From assembly GCA_047495785.1 (NCBI GenBank), contig JBLDXI010000011.1, forward strand, positions 1,054,001 to 1,118,000: a DNA stretch of 64,000 nt. Reading direction: 5' to 3'. The position numbers and the translations under genes were made by a program. The notes below the pieces were generated by a model. It did no database searches. It had not been told where the DNA came from and saw only the letters and a program-made list of their open reading frames with translations. This document shows, one piece after another, positions 22,878-37,947 of the stretch; the first letter of the stretch is position 1; every line of letters starts with the position of its first letter. Source of the stretch: Lepidodermella squamata. Taxonomy: Eukaryota > Animalia > Gastrotricha.

Positions 22878-23412
22878 TTAGATTTTTGCCCTTCGGTCTA
22901 TTCACCGTACTACTTCACAGATATTAACAAGCTGGAGGCGGTTCAAGCCCGGTTCACTAAACGCCTTTTGTATAGAAGTGACTACTATTCATCGATTGAC
23001 GGTGCCTCGTATTATGAAAGATGTAAAAAACTAGGACTGTGTCCTCTTGAAATCAGACGCTTTCAACATGACCTTGCGCTATGCCATAAAATGTACCTAG
23101 GCTGTGTGGATGCTAGCTTTTCTACATTCTTCAAAATATCTTCAAATCCCCGTTCACCAGCTCATGCTGTTGTCATGAAACGATTTGAACATCCGAGCTC
23201 TCAGTTCAGCTTTACAAGGCGTGTGCGCGCAGCGTGGAACCGGCTGCCCTCAACTATTGTCAATAATTCTCATACTGTGTTTCTGCGATATCTTAAATCT
23301 AAGTCAGATGAACTAGTGGATTTTACGAACTCTGAGGTGAGGCGCCGAGAACTAACCTATTGCTAACTGCTGTGAAACAAAATGCATAATAAAATCAGAA
23401 TCAGAATCGGAA
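22878..23412 (+). mobile_element. CR1-type LINE 3' fragment (end of ORF2 plus tail), repeated in each full array unit (ORFs at 26344, 29727, 33110, 36493, 39869)
   Basis: VYSPY..DINKLEAVQARFTKR...SYYERCKKLGLCPLEIRRFQHDL...FTRRVRAAWNRLP, followed by AATAAA and an (ATCAGA)n tail. Confidence 0.85.
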
Positions 23413-24422
23413 TTATGACGTTTTAGCAGCAATTATTAATTGGATCCTGCTCCTCCCTTCAGTCGTAGTAGGAGCGCCGGGTGAAACCCAGAACTAGAAA
23501 TAACGTACATGTAAACGTTACCCCATTTATATCTGAAAAATTGTAAAATGATGTGTAGAATACGAACAAAATCGGGGGAAGTTGAAATAACATTGTGTGA
23601 CCACTTAAAAGTCCGATCCAATGCGCACGCTGATTGGTCAATCGATCGTTGCTATGACTCCCGGATGAAACGTTCTGCTGTGCGATGCTTAAGATTTTTT
23701 GCAACAAGTGTTTTTTGCCGCAGCAATTTGCCACGATTAATATGGAGTTTAAGGTCATTTTTTCATAAATATAAAATAATTTATTAGTGGATCGCACGAC
23801 GGAAATGTTTCATTCCGGAGTCATTAGCAACGATAAATTGACCAATCAGCGTGCGCGCCAAGGTTCAACTTACCAGTGGTTCCACAATGTAAGGAAAAGG
23901 ATGTAGTTGTTTGTTCTGAAGATTTAACCGTGATATCGGATCAATTTTCCATTGCATCCAAAGCGTTTGTGCAGAGTGCGCACTGTGGCAGGTTTTGCTT
24001 CCGCAATAATCATGCTAGTACCGTCAATAAAAGTAGCTTGAACCGGTTCGAAGTATATCATTTGAAACAGCATACAAGTACTGCCAAGAATGCTCATTAC
24101 GCCGCAACTCGATATTTTGCGATATTTTAGCCTACGACGCTATGAAGCTATTAACCTGCAAAGCCGAAGTTTCCAAAATGTTTAAATTTATCCGGCGTTA
24201 CATTATTCAAAATATTTTTATTTGCAATCGTTGCTTTCAACAAATCAATGTAACATATTTCCTGTTCAACAACGGAATGCGACAATTTTTGTAATCAAAT
24301 GATAAGATGGGCAAAGGCTTCGTCACAAAAAGCATATTTGCATTCGATCTTATCATTTGTTCGTTTTAAAGACTATTCTTAGCATTAACGGCTGTTTTAG
24401 GTCACATTTTGAATGATTAGCA

Positions 24423-25374
24423 CTAGGAATTGTTTCCTGTGCATTTTTCGACTGTTAGTCCGTAGACACTGACAGTTGAGGTTGCCGGCACCGCGCTCGC
24501 TGGAGTAGAGCCGAGAGCCTGGCAACAGGCGCCGTAATTGGCAAAAGAATAGGTTGTGGGCGAAACCTTGATTGTCTGTTCAAAGTTTCCCGGTCATACA
24601 GAGCTGTATTGTAAATTGCATATTATGATCTTACCACACCGCTTGTTAGAAGGACGAACCACCAGCTGTATGCGGAGAACGGGCGCAGTTGCCGGTCGTG
24701 GCCGTGGCAGATGTCCCAGTAACCAGATAGGGCGTCGAGGAAGCGGCACCGATGCAAACCGTTGCATAGGCTACCGGCGGGCCCGTGATAACAACTTGCT
24801 CGTATTTAATGTTAGCTGTAGTTGGAGTTGTCGCGGCACAGCATAGGGCAAAGGTAGTGTACGTGTTCGGGGTTGGTGTTACTTGCTGAAAAGCAATTGA
24901 TAAGTCAAAGAGATGTCGCTATCAGGTTTTCCATACTGTTGCGCCAGTTAATTGGGTACAGGCTCCCGCGTTATCGATGCAGAATTTCAAATTCGTCTGG
25001 CTGGTACCCGACCCGCCTTGGGTCGTTATTTGGCAAAGATTGTAGACGGGCTAGATAATACGATTGAAATTAATGTTTCACAACAACGACATCCTGTTGG
25101 GGTAAGAGCTAGAACTAGACATCTAATCCGCCATGGCACAAATAATGAATGCGAAATAAATTACAGTTGTTAAGCAGCTTTTAGTGCTATCGGTACACGC
25201 CTGGGTTGAGGTAACGCATTGATTCGGTGATGAACAGCTTGAACTTGACGACGAACAGGACTGACCAGACGGGCAAGACGACGAGCCGGTCGGGCAAGGT
25301 GTCGAAGTCGATGCTGGGCATGCGTTTGCGGCTGCAATAACAGCTAAGAGAGCTGTGAATCGCGAGAGGATCAT
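24423..25374 (-). pseudogene. Array copy 2: 7-bp deletion in exon 3, premature stop (~187 aa)
   Basis: AGGACGAACC at ~24651-24660 instead of AGGACGTCAGATGAACC. The minus strand reads ...GGT GGT TCG TCC TTC TAA. Confidence 0.8.
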
Positions 25375-27798
25375 TTTATATTGAGAGCTACGTCAATTCC
25401 AATAACGATAGATTGAAGTTTAGAGGGTATACACTAGCGCTTTGAATAATATGGTGGTTTTAACAGCTAACACATCCCGGCTGCGACTGATATATTCCAA
25501 CCGGTATTGGACAGGACACGATGCATACTGCAAAGAAACCGAGCGATGCCTTATTTTATCCAAAGCAAATAGCTGTAAAGCGTCTTTCCTATTCTGAAAT
25601 GAATATCCCCTGATTTGTAGCTGATAAATAGCCGCGGACTTTCCAGCTAGCAGTATCACGTTGTGACGATGCGAGTAGTGTTGACAGGATGGAATGTCCG
25701 CACGTTACTCAAGCGTCGCACTTTGTCCACCTCTTTGATAAATTTCGGTAAGAATTTCCTTTTTCTATGCAACTTTTCTCGATTGGCGAAAAACTTGCAA
25801 CGTTAATGATGGCTTCGGTTACTGCTATGTGGGGGAAACGCTATGCTGATGATACTGTACCCAGTACGTCATTAGCGAAATCACCCAAGGTACTGGTGAA
25901 AGCTTTGGTCATATTCTTTCATCAATATAAAACTTTATTGATGGAACATGAAATGCGATTGATTCTATGATTGAACATAAATATAAATTATCGCACTTTC
26001 GCTATATCGGGATTTCAGGAAATCGTAAAATTAAACTAAACTACGACATCGGGATAACCCTAGCCGAATCTTGATTAAGGATCGCACATGATCGCGCATT
26101 ATCTCAAATTGCATCGATGTGCGATTGACGAGACTATAAAAAAGATAGATACGCATGCAAGCAGAATGAATTAATTTCTGCTGCAGAAATCGATGCTCAT
26201 TCGCATCGAAATCTCTCCGCTTAAAAGCGTACAAAGCATACACTCTTTCACGGTTAGATTTTTGCCCTTCGGTCTATTCACCGTACTACTTCACAGACAT
26301 TAACAAGCTGGAGGCGGTTCAAGCCCGGTTCACTAAACGCCTTTTGTATAGAAGTGACTACTATTCATCGATTGACGGTGCCTCGTATTATGAAAGATGT
26401 AAAAAACTAGGACTGTGTCCTCTTGAAATCAGACGCTTTCAACATGACCTTGCGCTATGCCATAAAATGTACCTAGGCTGTGTGGATGCTAGCTTTTCTA
26501 CATTCTTCAAAATATCTTCAAATCCCCGTTCACCAGCTCATGCTGTTGTCATGAAACGATTTGAACATCCGAGCTCTCAGTTCAGCTTTACAAGGCGTGT
26601 GCGCGCAGCGTGGAACCGGCTGCCCTCAACTATTGTCAATAATTCTCATACTGTGTTTCTGCGATATCTTAAATCTAAGTCAGATGAACTAGTGGATTTT
26701 ACGAACTCTGAGGTGAGGCGCCGAGAACTAACCTATTGCTAACTGCTGTGAAACAAAATGCATAATAAAATCAGAATCAGAATCGGAATTATGACGTTTT
26801 AGCAGCAATTATTAATTGGATCCTGCTCCTCCCTTCAGTCGTAGTAGGAGCGCCGGGTGAAACCCAGAACTAGAAATAACGTACATGTAAACGTTACCTC
26901 ATTTATATCTGAAAAATTGTAAAATGATGTGTAGAATACGAACAAAATCGGGGGAAGTTGAAATAACATTGTGTGACCACTTAAAAGTCCGATCCAATGC
27001 GCACGCTGATTGGTCAATCGATCGTTGCTATGACTCCCGGATGAAACGTTCTGCTGTGCGATGCTTAAGATTTTTTGCAACAAGTGTTTTTTGCCGCAGC
27101 AATTTGCCACGATTAATATGGAGTTTAAGGTCATTTTTTCATAAATATAAAATAATTTATTAGTGGATCGCACGACGGAAATGTTTCATTCCGGAGTCAT
27201 TAGCAACGATAAATTGACCAATCAGCGTGCGCGCCAAGGTTCAACTTACCAGTGGTTCCACAATGTAAGGAAAAGGATGTAGTTGTTTGTTCTGAAGATT
27301 TAACCGTGATATCGGATCGATTTTCCATTGCATCCAAAGCGTTTGTGCAGAGTGCGCACTGTGGCAGGTTTTGCTTCCGCAATAATCATGCTAGTACCGT
27401 CAATAAAAGTAGCTTGAACCGGTTCGAAGTATATCATTTGAAACAGCATACAAGTACTGCCAAGAATGTTCATTACGCCGCAACTCGATATTTTGCGATA
27501 TTTTAGCCTACGACGCTATGAAGCTATTAACCTGCAAAGCCGAAGTTTCCAAAATGTTTAAATTTATCCGGCGTTACATTATTCAAAATATTTTTATTTG
27601 CAATCGTTGCTTTCAACAAATCAATGTAACATATTTCCTGTTCAACAACGGAATGCGACAATTTTTGTAATCAAATGATAAGATGGGCAAAGGCTTCGTC
27701 ACAAAAAGCATATTTGCATTCGATCTTATCATTTGTTCGTTTTAAAGACTATTCTTAGCATTAACGGCTGTTTTAGGTCACATTTTGAATGATTAGCA

Positions 27799-28757
27799 CT
27801 AGGAATTGTTTCCTGTGCATTTTTCGACTGTTAGTCCGTAGACACTGACAGTTGAGGTTGCCGGCACCGCGCTCGCTGGAGTAGAGCCGAGAGCCTGGCA
27901 ACAGGCGCCGTAATTGGCAAAAGAATAGGTTGTGGGCGAAACCTTGATTGTCTGTTCAAAGTTTCCCGGTCATACAGAGCTGTATTGTAAATTGCATATT
28001 ATGATCTTACCACACCGCTTGTTAGAAGGACGTCAGATGAACCACCAGCTGTATGCGGAAAACGGACGCAGTTGCCGGTCGTGGCCGTGGCAGATGTCCC
28101 AGTAACCAGATAGGGCGTCGAGGAAGCGGCACCGATGCAAACCGTTGCATAGGCTACCGGCGGGCCCGTGATAACAACTTGCTCGTATTTAATGTTAGCT
28201 GTAGTTGGAGTTGTCGCGGCACAGCATAGGGCAAAGGTAGTGTACGTGTTCGGGGTTGGTGTTACTTGCTGAAAAGCAATTGATAAGTCAAAGAGATGTC
28301 GCTATCAGGTTTTCCATACTGTTGCGCCAGTTAATTGGGTACAGGCTCCCGCGTTATCGATGCAGAATTTCAAATTCGTCTGGCTGGTACCCGACCCGCC
28401 TTGGGTCGTTATTTGGCAAAGATTGTAGACGGGCTAGATAATACGATTGAAATTAATGTTTCACAACAACGACATCCTGTTGGGGTAAGAGCTAGAACTA
28501 GACATCTAATCCGCCATGGCACAAATAATGAATGCGAAATAAATTACAGTTGTTAAGCAGCTTTTAGTGCTATCGGTACACGCCTGGGTTGAGGTAACGC
28601 ATTGATTCGGTGATGAACAGCTTGAACTTGACGACGAACAGGACTGACCAGACGGGCAAGACGACGAGCCGGTCGGGCAAGGTGTCGAAGTCGATGCTGG
28701 GCATGCGTTTGCGGCTGCAATAACAGCTAAGAGAGCTGTGAATCGCGAGAGGATCAT
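27799..28757 (-). CDS. Secreted Cys/Thr-rich protein, array copy 3 (intact)
   Basis: 959-bp span with the same structure as copy 1. Confidence 0.85.
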
Positions 28758-31181
28758 TTTATATTGAGAGCTACGTCAATTCCAATAACGATAGATTGAA
28801 GTTTAGAGGGTATACACTAGCGCTTTGAATAATATGGTGGTTTTAACAGCTAACACATCCCGGCTGCGACTGATATATTCCAACCGGTATTGGACAGGAC
28901 ACGATGCATACTGCAAAGAAACCGAGCGATGCCTTATTTTATCCAAAGCAAATAGCTGTAAAGCGTCTTTCCTATTCTGAAATGAATATCCCCTGATTTG
29001 TAGCTGATAAATAGCCGCGGACTTTCCAGCTAGCAGTATCACGTTGTGACGATGCGAGTAGTGTTGACAGGATGGAATGTCCGCACGTTACTCAAGCGTC
29101 GCACTTTGTCCACCTCTTTGATAAATTTCGGTAAGAATTTCCTTTTTCTATGCAACTTTTCTCGATTGGCCAAAAACTTGCAACGTTAATGATGGCTTCG
29201 GTTACTGCTATGTGGGGGAAACGCTATGCTGATGATACTGTACCCAGTACGTCATTAGCGAAATCACCCAAGGTACTGGTGAAAGCTTTGGTCATATTCT
29301 TTCATCAATATAAAACTTTATTGATGGAACATGAAATGCGATTGATTCTATGATTGAACATAAATATAAATTATCGCACTTTCGCTATATCGGGATTTCA
29401 GGAAATCGTAAAATTAAACTAAACTACGACATCGGGATAACCCTAGCCGAATCTTGATTAAGGATCGCACATGATCGCGCATTATCTCAAATTGCATCGA
29501 TGTGCGATTGACGAGACTATAAAAAAGATAGATACGCATGCAAGCAGAATGAATTAATTTCTGCTGCAGAAATCGATGCTCATTCGCATCGAAATCTCTC
29601 CGCTTAAAAGCGTACAAAGCATACACTCTTTCACGGTTAGATTTTTGCCCTTCGGTCTATTCACCGTACTACTTCACAGATATTAACAAGCTGGAGGCGG
29701 TTCAAGCCCGGTTCACTAAACGCCTTTTGTATAGAAGTGACTACTATTCATCGATTGACGGTGCCTCGTATTATGAAAGATGTAAAAAACTAGGACTGTG
29801 TCCTCTTGAAATCAGACGCTTTCAACATGACCTTGCGCTATGCCATAAAATGTACCTAGGCTGTGTGGATGCTAGCTTTTCTACATTCTTCAAAATATCT
29901 TCAAATCCCCGTTCACCAGCTCATGCTGTTGTCATGAAACGATTTGAACATCCGAGCTCTCAGTTCAGCTTTACAAGGCGTGTGCGCGCAGCGTGGAACC
30001 GGCTGCCCTCAACTATTGTCAATAATTCTCATACTGTGTTTCTGCGATATCTTAAATCTAAGTCAGATGAACTAGTGGATTTTACGAACTCTGAGGTGAG
30101 GCGCCGAGAACTAACCTATTGCTAACTGCTGTGAAACAAAATGCATAATAAAATCAGAATCAGAATCGGAATTATGACGTTTTAGCAGCAATTATTAATT
30201 GGATCCTGCTCCTCCCTTCAGTCGTAGTAGGAGCGCCGGGTGAAACCCAGAACTAGAAATAACGTACATGTAAACGTTACCCCATTTATATCTGAAAAAT
30301 TGTAAAATGATGTGTAGAATACGAACAAAATCGGGGGAAGTTGAAATAACATTGTGTGACCACTTAAAAGTCCGATCCAATGCGCACGCTGATTGGTCAA
30401 TCGATCGTTGCTATGACTCCCGGATGAAACGTTCTGCTGTGCGATGCTTAAGATTTTTTGCAACAAGTGTTTTTTGCCGCAGCAATTTGCCACGATTAAT
30501 ATGGAGTTTAAGGTCATTTTTTCATAAATATAAAATAATTTATTAGTGGATCGCACGACGGAAATGTTTCATTCCGGAGTCATTAGCAACGATAAATTGA
30601 CCAATCAGCGTGCGCGCCAAGGTTCAACTTACCAGTGGTTCCACAATGTAAGGAAAAGGATGTAGTTGTTTGTTCTGAAGATTTAACCGTGATATCGGAT
30701 CGATTTTCCATTGCATCCAAAGCGTTTGTGCAGAGTGCACACTGTGGCAGGTTTTGCTTCCGCAATAATCATGCTAGTACCGTCAATAAAAGTAGCTTGA
30801 ACCGGTTCGAAGTATATCATTTGAAACAGCATACAAGTACTGCCAAGAATGTTCATTACGCCGCAACTCGATATTTTGCGATATTTTAGCCTACGACGCT
30901 ATGAAGCTATTAACCTGCAAAGCCGAAGTTTCCAAAATGTTTAAATTTATCCGGCGTTACATTATTCAAAATATTTTTATTTGCAATCGTTGCTTTCAAC
31001 AAATCAATGTAACATATTTCCTGTTCAACAACGGAATGCGACAATTTTTGTAATCAAATGATAAGATGGGCAAAGGCTTCGTCACAAAAAGCATATTTGC
31101 ATTCGATCTTATCATTTGTTCGTTTTAAAGACTATTCTTAGCATTAACGGCTGTTTTAGGTCACATTTTGAATGATTAGCA

Positions 31182-32140
31182 CTAGGAATTGTTTCCTGTG
31201 CATTTTTCGACTGTTAGTCCGTAGACACTGACAGTTGAGGTTGCCGGCACCGCGCTCGCTGGAGTAGAGCCGAGAGCCTGGCAACAGGCGCCGTAATTGG
31301 CAAAAGAATAGGTTGTGGGCGAAACCTTGATTGTCTGTTCAAAGTTTCCCGGTCATACAGAGCTGTATTGTAAATTGCATATCATGATCTTACCACACCG
31401 CTTGTTAGAAGGACGTCAGATGAACCACCAGCTGTATGCGGAAAACGGACGCAGTTGCCGGTCGTGGCCGTGGCAGATGTCCCAGTAACCAGATAGGGCG
31501 TCGAGGAAGCGGCACCGATGCAAAGCGTTGCATAGGCTACCGGCGGGCCCGTGATAACAACTTGCTCGTATTTAATGTTAGCTGTAGTTGGAGTTGTCGC
31601 GGCACAGCATAGGGCAAAGGTAGTGTACGTGTTCGGGGTTGGTGTTACTTGCTGAAAAGCAATTGATAAGTCAAAGAGATGTCGCTATCAGGTTTTCCAT
31701 ACTGTTGCGCCAGTTAATTGGGTACAGGCTCCCGCGTTATCGATGCAGAATTTCAAATTCGTCTGGCTGGTACCCGACCCGCCTTGGGTCGTTATTTGGC
31801 AAAGATTGTAGACGGGCTAGATAATACGATTGAAATTAATGTTTCACAACAACGACATCCTGTTGGGGTAAGAGCTAGAACTAGACATCTAATCCGCCAT
31901 GGCACAAATAATGAATGCGAAATAAATTACAGTTGTTAAGCAGCTTTTAGTGCTATCGGTACACGCCTGGGTTGAGGTAACGCATTGATTCGGTGATGAA
32001 CAGCTTGAACTTGACGACGAACAGGACTGACCAGACGGGCAAGACGACGAGCCGGTCGGGCAAGGTGTCGAAGTCGATGCTGGGCATGCGTTTGCGGCTG
32101 CAATAACAGCTAAGAGAGCTGTGAATCGCGAGAGGATCAT
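31182..32140 (-). CDS. Secreted Cys/Thr-rich protein, array copy 4 (intact; V>L variant in exon 3)
   Basis: 959-bp span; CAAAGCGTTG at ~31525 versus CAAACCGTTG in the other copies. Confidence 0.85.
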
Positions 32141-34564
32141 TTTATATTGAGAGCTACGTCAATTCCAATAACGATAGATTGAAGTTTAGAGGGTATACAC
32201 TAGCGCTTTGAATAATATGGTGGTTTTAACAGCTAACACATCCCGGCTGCGACTGATATATTCCAACCGGTATTGGACAGGACACGATGCATACTGCAAA
32301 GAAACCGAGCGATGCCTTATTTTATCCAAAGCAAATAGCTGTAAAGCGTCTTTCCTATTCTGAAATGAATATCCCCTGATTTGTAGCTGATAAATAGCCG
32401 CGGACTTTCCAGCTAGCAGTATCACGTTGTGACGATGCGAGTAGTGTTGACAGGATGGAATGTCCGCACGTTACTCAAGCGTCGCACTTTGTCCACCTCT
32501 TTGATAAATTTCGGTAAGAATTTCCTTTTTCTATGCAACTTTTCTCGATTGGCCAAAAACTTGCAACGTTAATGATGGCTTCGGTTACTGCTATGTGGGG
32601 GAAACGCTATGCTGATGATACTGTACCCAGTACGTCATTAGCGAAATCACCCAAGGTACTGGTGAAAGCTTTGGTCATATTCTTTCATCAATATAAAACT
32701 TTATTGATGGAACATGAAATGCGATTGATTCTATGATTGAACATAAATATAAATTATCGCACTTTCGCTATATCGGGATTTCAGGAAATCGTAAAATTAA
32801 ACTAAACTACGACATCGGGATAACCCTAGCCGAATCTTGATTAAGGATCGCACATGATCGCGCATTATCTCAAATTGCATCGATGTGCGATTGACGAGAC
32901 TATAAAAAAGATAGATACGCATGCAAGCAGAATGAATTAATTTCTGCTGCAGAAATCGATGCTCATTCGCATCGAAATCTCTCCGCTTAAAAGCGTACAA
33001 AGCATACACTCTTTCACGGTTAGATTTTTGCCCTTCGGTCTATTCACCGTACTACTTCACAGATATTAACAAGCTGGAGGCGGTTCAAGCCCGGTTCACT
33101 AAACGCCTTTTGTATAGAAGTGACTACTATTCATCGATTGACGGTGCCTCGTATTATGAAAGATGTAAAAAACTAGGACTGTGTCCTCTTGAAATCAGAC
33201 GCTTTCAACATGACCTTGCGCTATGCCATAAAATGTACCTAGGCTGTGTGGATGCTAGCTTTTCTACATTCTTCAAAATATCTTCAAATCCCCGTTCACC
33301 AGCTCATGCTGTTGTCATGAAACGATTTGAACATCCGAGCTCTCAGTTCAGCTTTACAAGGCGTGTGCGCGCAGCGTGGAACCGGCTGCCCTCAACTATT
33401 GTCAATAATTCTCATACTGTGTTTCTGCGATATCTTAAATCTAAGTCAGATGAACTAGTGGATTTTACGAACTCTGAGGTGAGGCGCCGAGAACTAACCT
33501 ATTGCTAACTGCTGTGAAACAAAATGCATAATAAAATCAGAATCAGAATCGGAATTATGACGTTTTAGCAGCAATTATTAATTGGATCCTGCTCCTCCCT
33601 TCAGTCGTAGTAGGAGCGCCGGGTGAAACCCAGAACTAGAAATAACGTACATGTAAACGTTACCCCATTTATATCTGAAAAATTGTAAAATGATGTGTAG
33701 AATACGAACAAAATCGGGGGAAGTTGAAATAACATTGTGTGACCACTTAAAAGTCCGATCCAATGCGCACGCTGATTGGTCAATCGATCGTTGCTATGAC
33801 TCCCGGATGAAACGTTCTGCTGTGCGATGCTTAAGATTTTTTGCAACAAGTGTTTTTTGCCGCAGCAATTTGCCACGATTAATATGGAGTTTAAGGTCAT
33901 TTTTTCATAAATATAAAATAATTTATTAGTGGATCGCACGACGGAAATGTTTCATTCCGGAGTCATTAGCAACGATAAATTGACCAATCAGCGTGCGCGC
34001 CAAGGTTCAACTTACCAGTGGTTCCACAATGTAAGGAAAAGGATGTAGTTGTTTGTTCTGAAGATTTAACCGTGATATCGGATCGATTTTCCATTGCATC
34101 CAAAGCGTTTGTGCAGAGTGCACACTGTGGCAGGTTTTGCTTCCGCAATAATCATGCTAGTACCGTCAATAAAAGTAGCTTGAACCGGTTCGAAGTATAT
34201 CATTTGAAACAGCATACAAGTACTGCCAAGAATGTTCATTACGCCGCAACTCGATATTTTGCGATATTTTAGCCTACGACGCTATGAAGCTATTAACCTG
34301 CAAAGCCGAAGTTTCCAAAATGTTTAAATTTATCCGGCGTTACATTATTCAAAATATTTTTATTTGCAATCGTTGCTTTCAACAAATCAATGTAACATAT
34401 TTCCTGTTCAACAACGGAATGCGACAATTTTTGTAATCAAATGATAAGATGGGCAAAGGCTTCGTCACAAAAAGCATATTTGCATTCGATCTTATCATTT
34501 GTTCGTTTTAAAGACTATTCTTAGCATTAACGGCTGTTTTAGGTCACATTTTGAATGATTAGCA

Positions 34565-35523
34565 CTAGGAATTGTTTCCTGTGCATTTTTCGACTGTTAG
34601 TCCGTAGACACTGACAGTTGAGGTTGCCGGCACCGCGCTCGCTGGAGTAGAGCCGAGAGCCTGGCAACAGGCGCCGTAATTGGCAAAAGAATAGGTTGTG
34701 GGCGAAACCTTGATTGTCTGTTCAAAGTTTCCCGGTCATACAGAGCTGTATTGTAAATTGCATATTATGATCTTACCACACCGCTTGTTAGAAGGACGTC
34801 AGATGAACCACCAGCTGTATGCGGAAAACGGACGCAGTTGCCGGTCGTGGCCGTGGCAGATGTCCCAGTAACCAGATAGGGCGTCGAGGAAGCGGCACCG
34901 ATGCAAACCGTTGCATAGGCTACCGGCGGGCCCGTGATAACAACTTGCTCGTATTTAATGTTAGCTGTAGTTGGAGTTGTCGCGGCACAGCATAGGGCAA
35001 AGGTAGTGTACGTGTTCGGGGTTGGTGTTACTTGCTGAAAAGCAATTGATAAGTCAAAGAGATGTCGCTATCAGGTTTTCCATACTGTTGCGCCAGTTAA
35101 TTGGGTACAGGCTCCCGCGTTATCGATGCAGAATTTCAAATTCGTCTGGCTGGTACCCGACCCGCCTTGGGTCGTTATTTGGCAAAGATTGTAGACGGGC
35201 TAGATAATACGATTGAAATTAATGTTTCACAACAACGACATCCTGTTGGGGTAAGAGCTAGAACTAGACATCTAATCCGCCATGGCACAAATAATGAATG
35301 CGAAATAAATTACAGTTGTTAAGCAGCTTTTAGTGCTATCGGTACACGCCTGGGTTGAGGTAACGCATTGATTCGGTGATGAACAGCTTGAACTTGACGA
35401 CGAACAGGACTGACCAGACGGGCAAGACGACGAGCCGGTCGGGCAAGGTGTCGAAGTCGATGCTGGGCATGCGTTTGCGGCTGCAATAACAGCTAAGAGA
35501 GCTGTGAATCGCGAGAGGATCAT
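34565..35523 (-). CDS. Secreted Cys/Thr-rich protein, array copy 5 (intact)
   Basis: 959-bp span with the same structure as copy 1. Confidence 0.85.
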
Positions 35524-37947
35524 TTTATATTGAGAGCTACGTCAATTCCAATAACGATAGATTGAAGTTTAGAGGGTATACACTAGCGCTTTGAATAATA
35601 TGGTGGTTTTAACAGCTAACACATCCCGGCTGCGACTGATATATTCCAACCGGTATTGGACAGGACACGATGCATACTGCAAAGAAACCGAGCGATGCCT
35701 TATTTTATCCAAAGCAAATAGCTGTAAAGCGTCTTTCCTATTCTGAAATGAATATCCCCTGATTTGTAGCTGATAAATAGCCGCGGACTTTCCAGCTAGC
35801 AGTATCACGTTGTGACGATGCGAGTAGTGTTGACAGGATGGAATGTCCGCACGTTACTCAAGCGTCGCACTTTGTCCACCTCTTTGATAAATTTCGGTAA
35901 GAATTTCCTTTTTCTATGCAACTTTTCTCGATTGGCCAAAAACTTGCAACGTTAATGATGGCTTCGGTTACTGCTATGTGGGGGAAACGCTATGCTGATG
36001 ATACTGTACCCAGTACGTCATTAGCGAAATCACCCAAGGTACTGGTGAAAGCTTTGGTCATATTCTTTCATCAATATAAAACTTTATTGATGGAACATGA
36101 AATGCGATTGATTCTATGATTGAACATAAATATAAATTATCGCACTTTCGCTATATCGGGATTTCAGGAAATCGTAAAATTAAACTAAACTACGACATCG
36201 GGATAACCCTAGCCGAATCTTGATTAAGGATCGCACATGATCGCGCATTATCTCAAATTGCATCGATGTGCGATTGACGAGACTATAAAAAAGATAGATA
36301 CGCATGCAAGCAGAATGAATTAATTTCTGCTGCAGAAATCGATGCTCATTCGCATCGAAATCTCTCCGCTTAAAAGCGTACAAAGCATACACTCTTTCAC
36401 GGTTAGATTTTTGCCCTTCGGTCTATTCACCGTACTACTTCACAGATATTAACAAGCTGGAGGCGGTTCAAGCCCGGTTCACTAAACGCCTTTTGTATAG
36501 AAGTGACTACTATTCATCGATTGACGGTGCCTCGTATTATGAAAGATGTAAAAAACTAGGACTGTGTCCTCTTGAAATCAGACGCTTTCAACATGACCTT
36601 GCGCTATGCCATAAAATGTACCTAGGCTGTGTGGATGCTAGCTTTTCTACATTCTTCAAAATATCTTCAAATCCCCGTTCACCAGCTCATGCTGTTGTCA
36701 TGAAACGATTTGAACATCCGAGCTCTCAGTTCAGCTTTACAAGGCGTGTGCGCGCAGCGTGGAACCGGCTGCCCTCAACTATTGTCAATAATTCTCATAC
36801 TGTGTTTCTGCGATATCTTAAATCTAAGTCAGATGAACTAGTGGATTTTACGAACTCTGAGGTGAGGCGCCGAGAACTAACCTATTGCTAACTGCTGTGA
36901 AACAAAATGCATAATAAAATCAGAATCAGAATCGGAATTATGACGTTTTAGCAGCAATTATTAATTGGATCCTGCTCCTCCCTTCAGTCGTAGTAGGAGC
37001 GCCGGGTGAAACCCAGAACTAGAAATAACGTACATGTAAACGTTACCTCATTTATATCTGAAAAATTGTAAAATGATGTGTAGAATACGAACAAAATCGG
37101 GGGAAGTTGAAATAACATTGTGTGACCACTTAAAAGTCCGATCCAATGCGCACGCTGATTGGTCAATCGATCGTTGCTATGACTCCCGGATGAAACGTTC
37201 TGCTGTGCGATGCTTAAGATTTTTTGCAACAAGTGTTTTTTGCCGCAGCAATTTGCCACGATTAATATGGAGTTTAAGGTCATTTTTTCATAAATATAAA
37301 ATAATTTATTAGTGGATCGCACGACGGAAATGTTTCATTCCGGAGTCATTAGCAACGATAAATTGACCAATCAGCGTGCGCGCCAAGGTTCAACTTACCA
37401 GTCGTTCCACAATGTAAGGAAAAGGATGTAGTTGTTTGTTCTGAAGATTTAACCGTGATATCGGATCGATTTTCCATTGCATCCAAAGCGTTTGTGCAGA
37501 GTGCGCACTGTGGCAGGTTTTGCTTCCGCAATAATCATGCTAGTACCGTCAATAAAAGTAGCTTGAACCGGTTCGAAGTATATCATTTGAAACAGCATAC
37601 AAGTACTGCCAAGAATGCTCATTACGCCGCAACTCGATATTTTGCGATATTTTAGCCTACGACGCTATGAAGCTATTAACCTGCAAAGCCGAAGTTTCCA
37701 AAATGTTTAAATTTATCCGGCGTTACATTATTCAAAATATTTTTATTTGCAATCGTTGCTTTCAACAAATCAATGTAACATATTTCCTGTTCAACAACGG
37801 AATGCGACAATTTTTGTAATCAAATGATAAGATGGGCAAAGGCTTCGTCACAAAAAGCATATTTGCATTCGATCTTATCATTTGTTCGTTTTAAAGACTA
37901 TTCTTAGCATTAACGGCTGTTTTAGGTCACATTTTGAATGATTAGCA

